Assembly (NCBI RefSeq): GCF_963506605.1
Contig: NC_083282.1
Coordinates: 63,302,001-63,366,000, forward strand
Source: Zootoca vivipara
Lineage: Eukaryota
DNA: 64,000 bases
Reading direction: 5' to 3'
Under the pieces are notes generated by a model, which saw nothing but the letters and a program-made list of their open reading frames with translations, was not told the origin of the DNA and searched no databases. Shown here in pieces: positions 61,671 through 64,000 of the stretch. The stretch's first letter is position 1. Every line of letters begins with the position of its first letter. The translations under genes were made by a program, and so were the position numbers.

Positions 61671-63627
61671 AATTGATTTCACTGACGGAATCTGGAAGTA
61701 AATTTTCTCAGGCATGCTTCGGGGACTGCACAGCTCCATATCCTCTTCCTGAGGTTAGGAAATCCATTTTTTTTACTCATCTGCAGTCCTGTCTTGCATC
61801 TAGCTTTCCCCACACATACTTGCGGGGGAATCTCAGTAGTTTTTGCAATTGCTGAGTTACATCATCTCCAGTCTGGAAAACAGCCACCCAGATGACATAG
61901 CATGAATCCTCCCCACACATTTCTCATTCTGAGTTCCCCCAGTTTTCCTCTTGGCATGGACAGATGCTGTTCCACGTAGTCAACACACCACAGGAGTCAT
62001 TCACAGCTTTGTTGTGCATGTATGCTAAACCCTATCCACACATGAATGTGGCCTAGAGTAAATAAATGGCAGCTGAGAAGTGTCAGATCTGCAGCACTAT
62101 TCACTTTGTATCCATTTAACTTTTGCCTTGCGGCAAATAAGCTAAAATGTGTGAGTGGGGTGGTTTTATGCAAAATCTGTCCATGAGCATCATTTCAAAT
62201 ATAGAATATGGTCCAACTTGTGCCAGAAGTTTGGAAATTTAGTATAAAACCATATCACCACTTATTCTTTTTCCTTGCTAGCTAGTTCACCTGTGACCCC
62301 AGGGCTTATCTGTAAGTACTAATTCACCTGTCTGGAAATTAAAATTTATGTCTTTCTTAAATGCAAAGAACATTGGGTTGAACGTAAGTCTCGACTTTCA
62401 GACTTATTATGACAAGCCTGCAACAATCTACCCATTACCTGCTACTATTGTGTGAAATCTGTGCATTCAGGCCAAACTCTCTACCTAGTTAGGAGCACAC
62501 AATTTGCAAACAACACTTGGTACCTTTTAATTCTTCTCAAAGGATAATCCTCTGCAACCCAAACATTTGTATCATCAAAAGAGGCTGGCCAAGTACAAGG
62601 TATCGCTGTACTGTTACATTTATTTATGCTGTCTTTCTCATTGGCTGGGAGCAAGATGGTGACGAGGTTCATACCTAAGAGTTAAATTTGGGATTCCAAT
62701 AGGGAATGCGAGGATATCTAAAAAGATGCAACTGTTTTATATTTTCAGTTTCCTCTGAAGTTCATGATTTAATGCAGATGTACCGCAGAAACAGTCTTTA
62801 TCTCACTGCCATGGGTGCAGGCATAAGAGTACATCTCATTTCTTTTTAAAGTAGGATTTTATAATGCTGGAAATATTTGGTTAAGAGTTCAGCTGGGCAA
62901 GAAAGGATGGTGATTTTAACAGACATAATCTGCAGATGAACTTGATTGGCAGCTATCTTCCTCCCTGGAAAGGATCTGAAGAGTAGGTGGAACTGGAAGC
63001 AGTCTGAATAGGCTGGATGCCGGTCCTCCGCTTAGTACAACAATCTGGAGAGCAAGCCTGTGTCAGAGTTTCCAAGCTCTTTGAAGAGCCGCCAGGTCTT
63101 GCACATGTTTCCGATTAATACAATCTGAAGACAGCACTGGAGCTGTGGTTTTCTCATGTCAACCTGACATGCTTGGTAAACAAAAAATAAAATAAAAATC
63201 TCAAGCCATGCAAGGACCGCATTTCTTTCCTAACTCCAATGCAGTAAAGCTTCAGACTCGGAAGTTGGTTTGCATACCTTCCATCAATTTGGAAGATCAA
63301 TTTAATACTCCTAAGTATTTTAGGGCAATGCTTTCATGGTATCTGCAAGTGAAAATGCCTTTATCCTTGAATATATGAATATTCCACATTGGTGGCATCT
63401 CTTCCTATTATGGCTCCCTAGCCTCTCCCCCTAATGTTTCCTTTTCATATAACACCTTGTGCACAACTTCCCCTTCGGCAAAAGGCAGCCTTTCATTAAG
63501 TAAGAAGCTACCAACCCCTCAACAACATTACAAGATGCCATGCATATTCAGTATTCATTTTACTTAGCTGTTGAGACAGTAGCTGCTCCAGCCCACCCTC
63601 GGATACTCTTTCTTGGAATTCATTACC

Positions 63628-63646
63628 TGCCACTAGAGGGTGCTGA
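63628..63646 (+). promoter_or_regulatory. Candidate CTCF binding site
   Basis: GCCACTAGAGGGTGCTG (core starts at 63630) fits the CTCF consensus; not in a recognised repeat. Confidence 0.55.
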
Positions 63647-64000
63647 AAAGCAGTGATTGCTTTGTCTCAGCTCCCCAAGTCAGAAGCTGTCTCAGGGGGC
63701 CAAATTAAATGTTGTTACAACCCCAGTGTGGGAGCTGCTGAGAAGCTCTTTCACAAGACTGTGCTCCATGCAGGAAGCATAATGTCTGAAAAGCACCACC
63801 CACTACACGCACCACCCAAATTGTATGCTTAATCCTGTCGAAGGCTGAGCCTTAAGATTTCAACCATTTTACTTTTTCAGCCATGTCCAGGGTCATGTCC
63901 CAGATTCAGCTTCAGGGATTTGTGACAGCCAGTGAATATTTCCTTGGGCATGTATTTCTGTTCCTTCCAGTACCTGTCTAGACTACAGGCAGACATGCTA

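Overview
Vertebrate nuclear DNA. The repeat content (Sauria SINEs, CR1, L2, Rex1/Babar, RTE, Charlie-type hAT, mariner/pogo and Harbinger MITEs) points to a squamate, most likely a lacertid lizard. I recognise no host protein-coding gene, RNA gene or CRISPR array: the window reads as a gene desert or large intron with three assembly gaps. The only convincing protein matches are retrotransposon remnants. The best leads are: (1) a retroposon-like insert made of a 105-bp VNTR plus an L2-type 3' tail (SVA-like architecture); (2) two young Rex1/Babar LINE copies in inverted orientation with almost the same 5' end; (3) a GC-rich island that ends in a canonical Helitron terminus; (4) deeply nested TE stacks that can be ordered by their target-site duplications (TSDs); (5) a hAT-like element that appears to have captured an L2 fragment; (6) two solo LTRs, two strong CTCF motifs and an orphan exon with a candidate promoter. 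Family names come from my recognition of termini and motifs, not from database searches.
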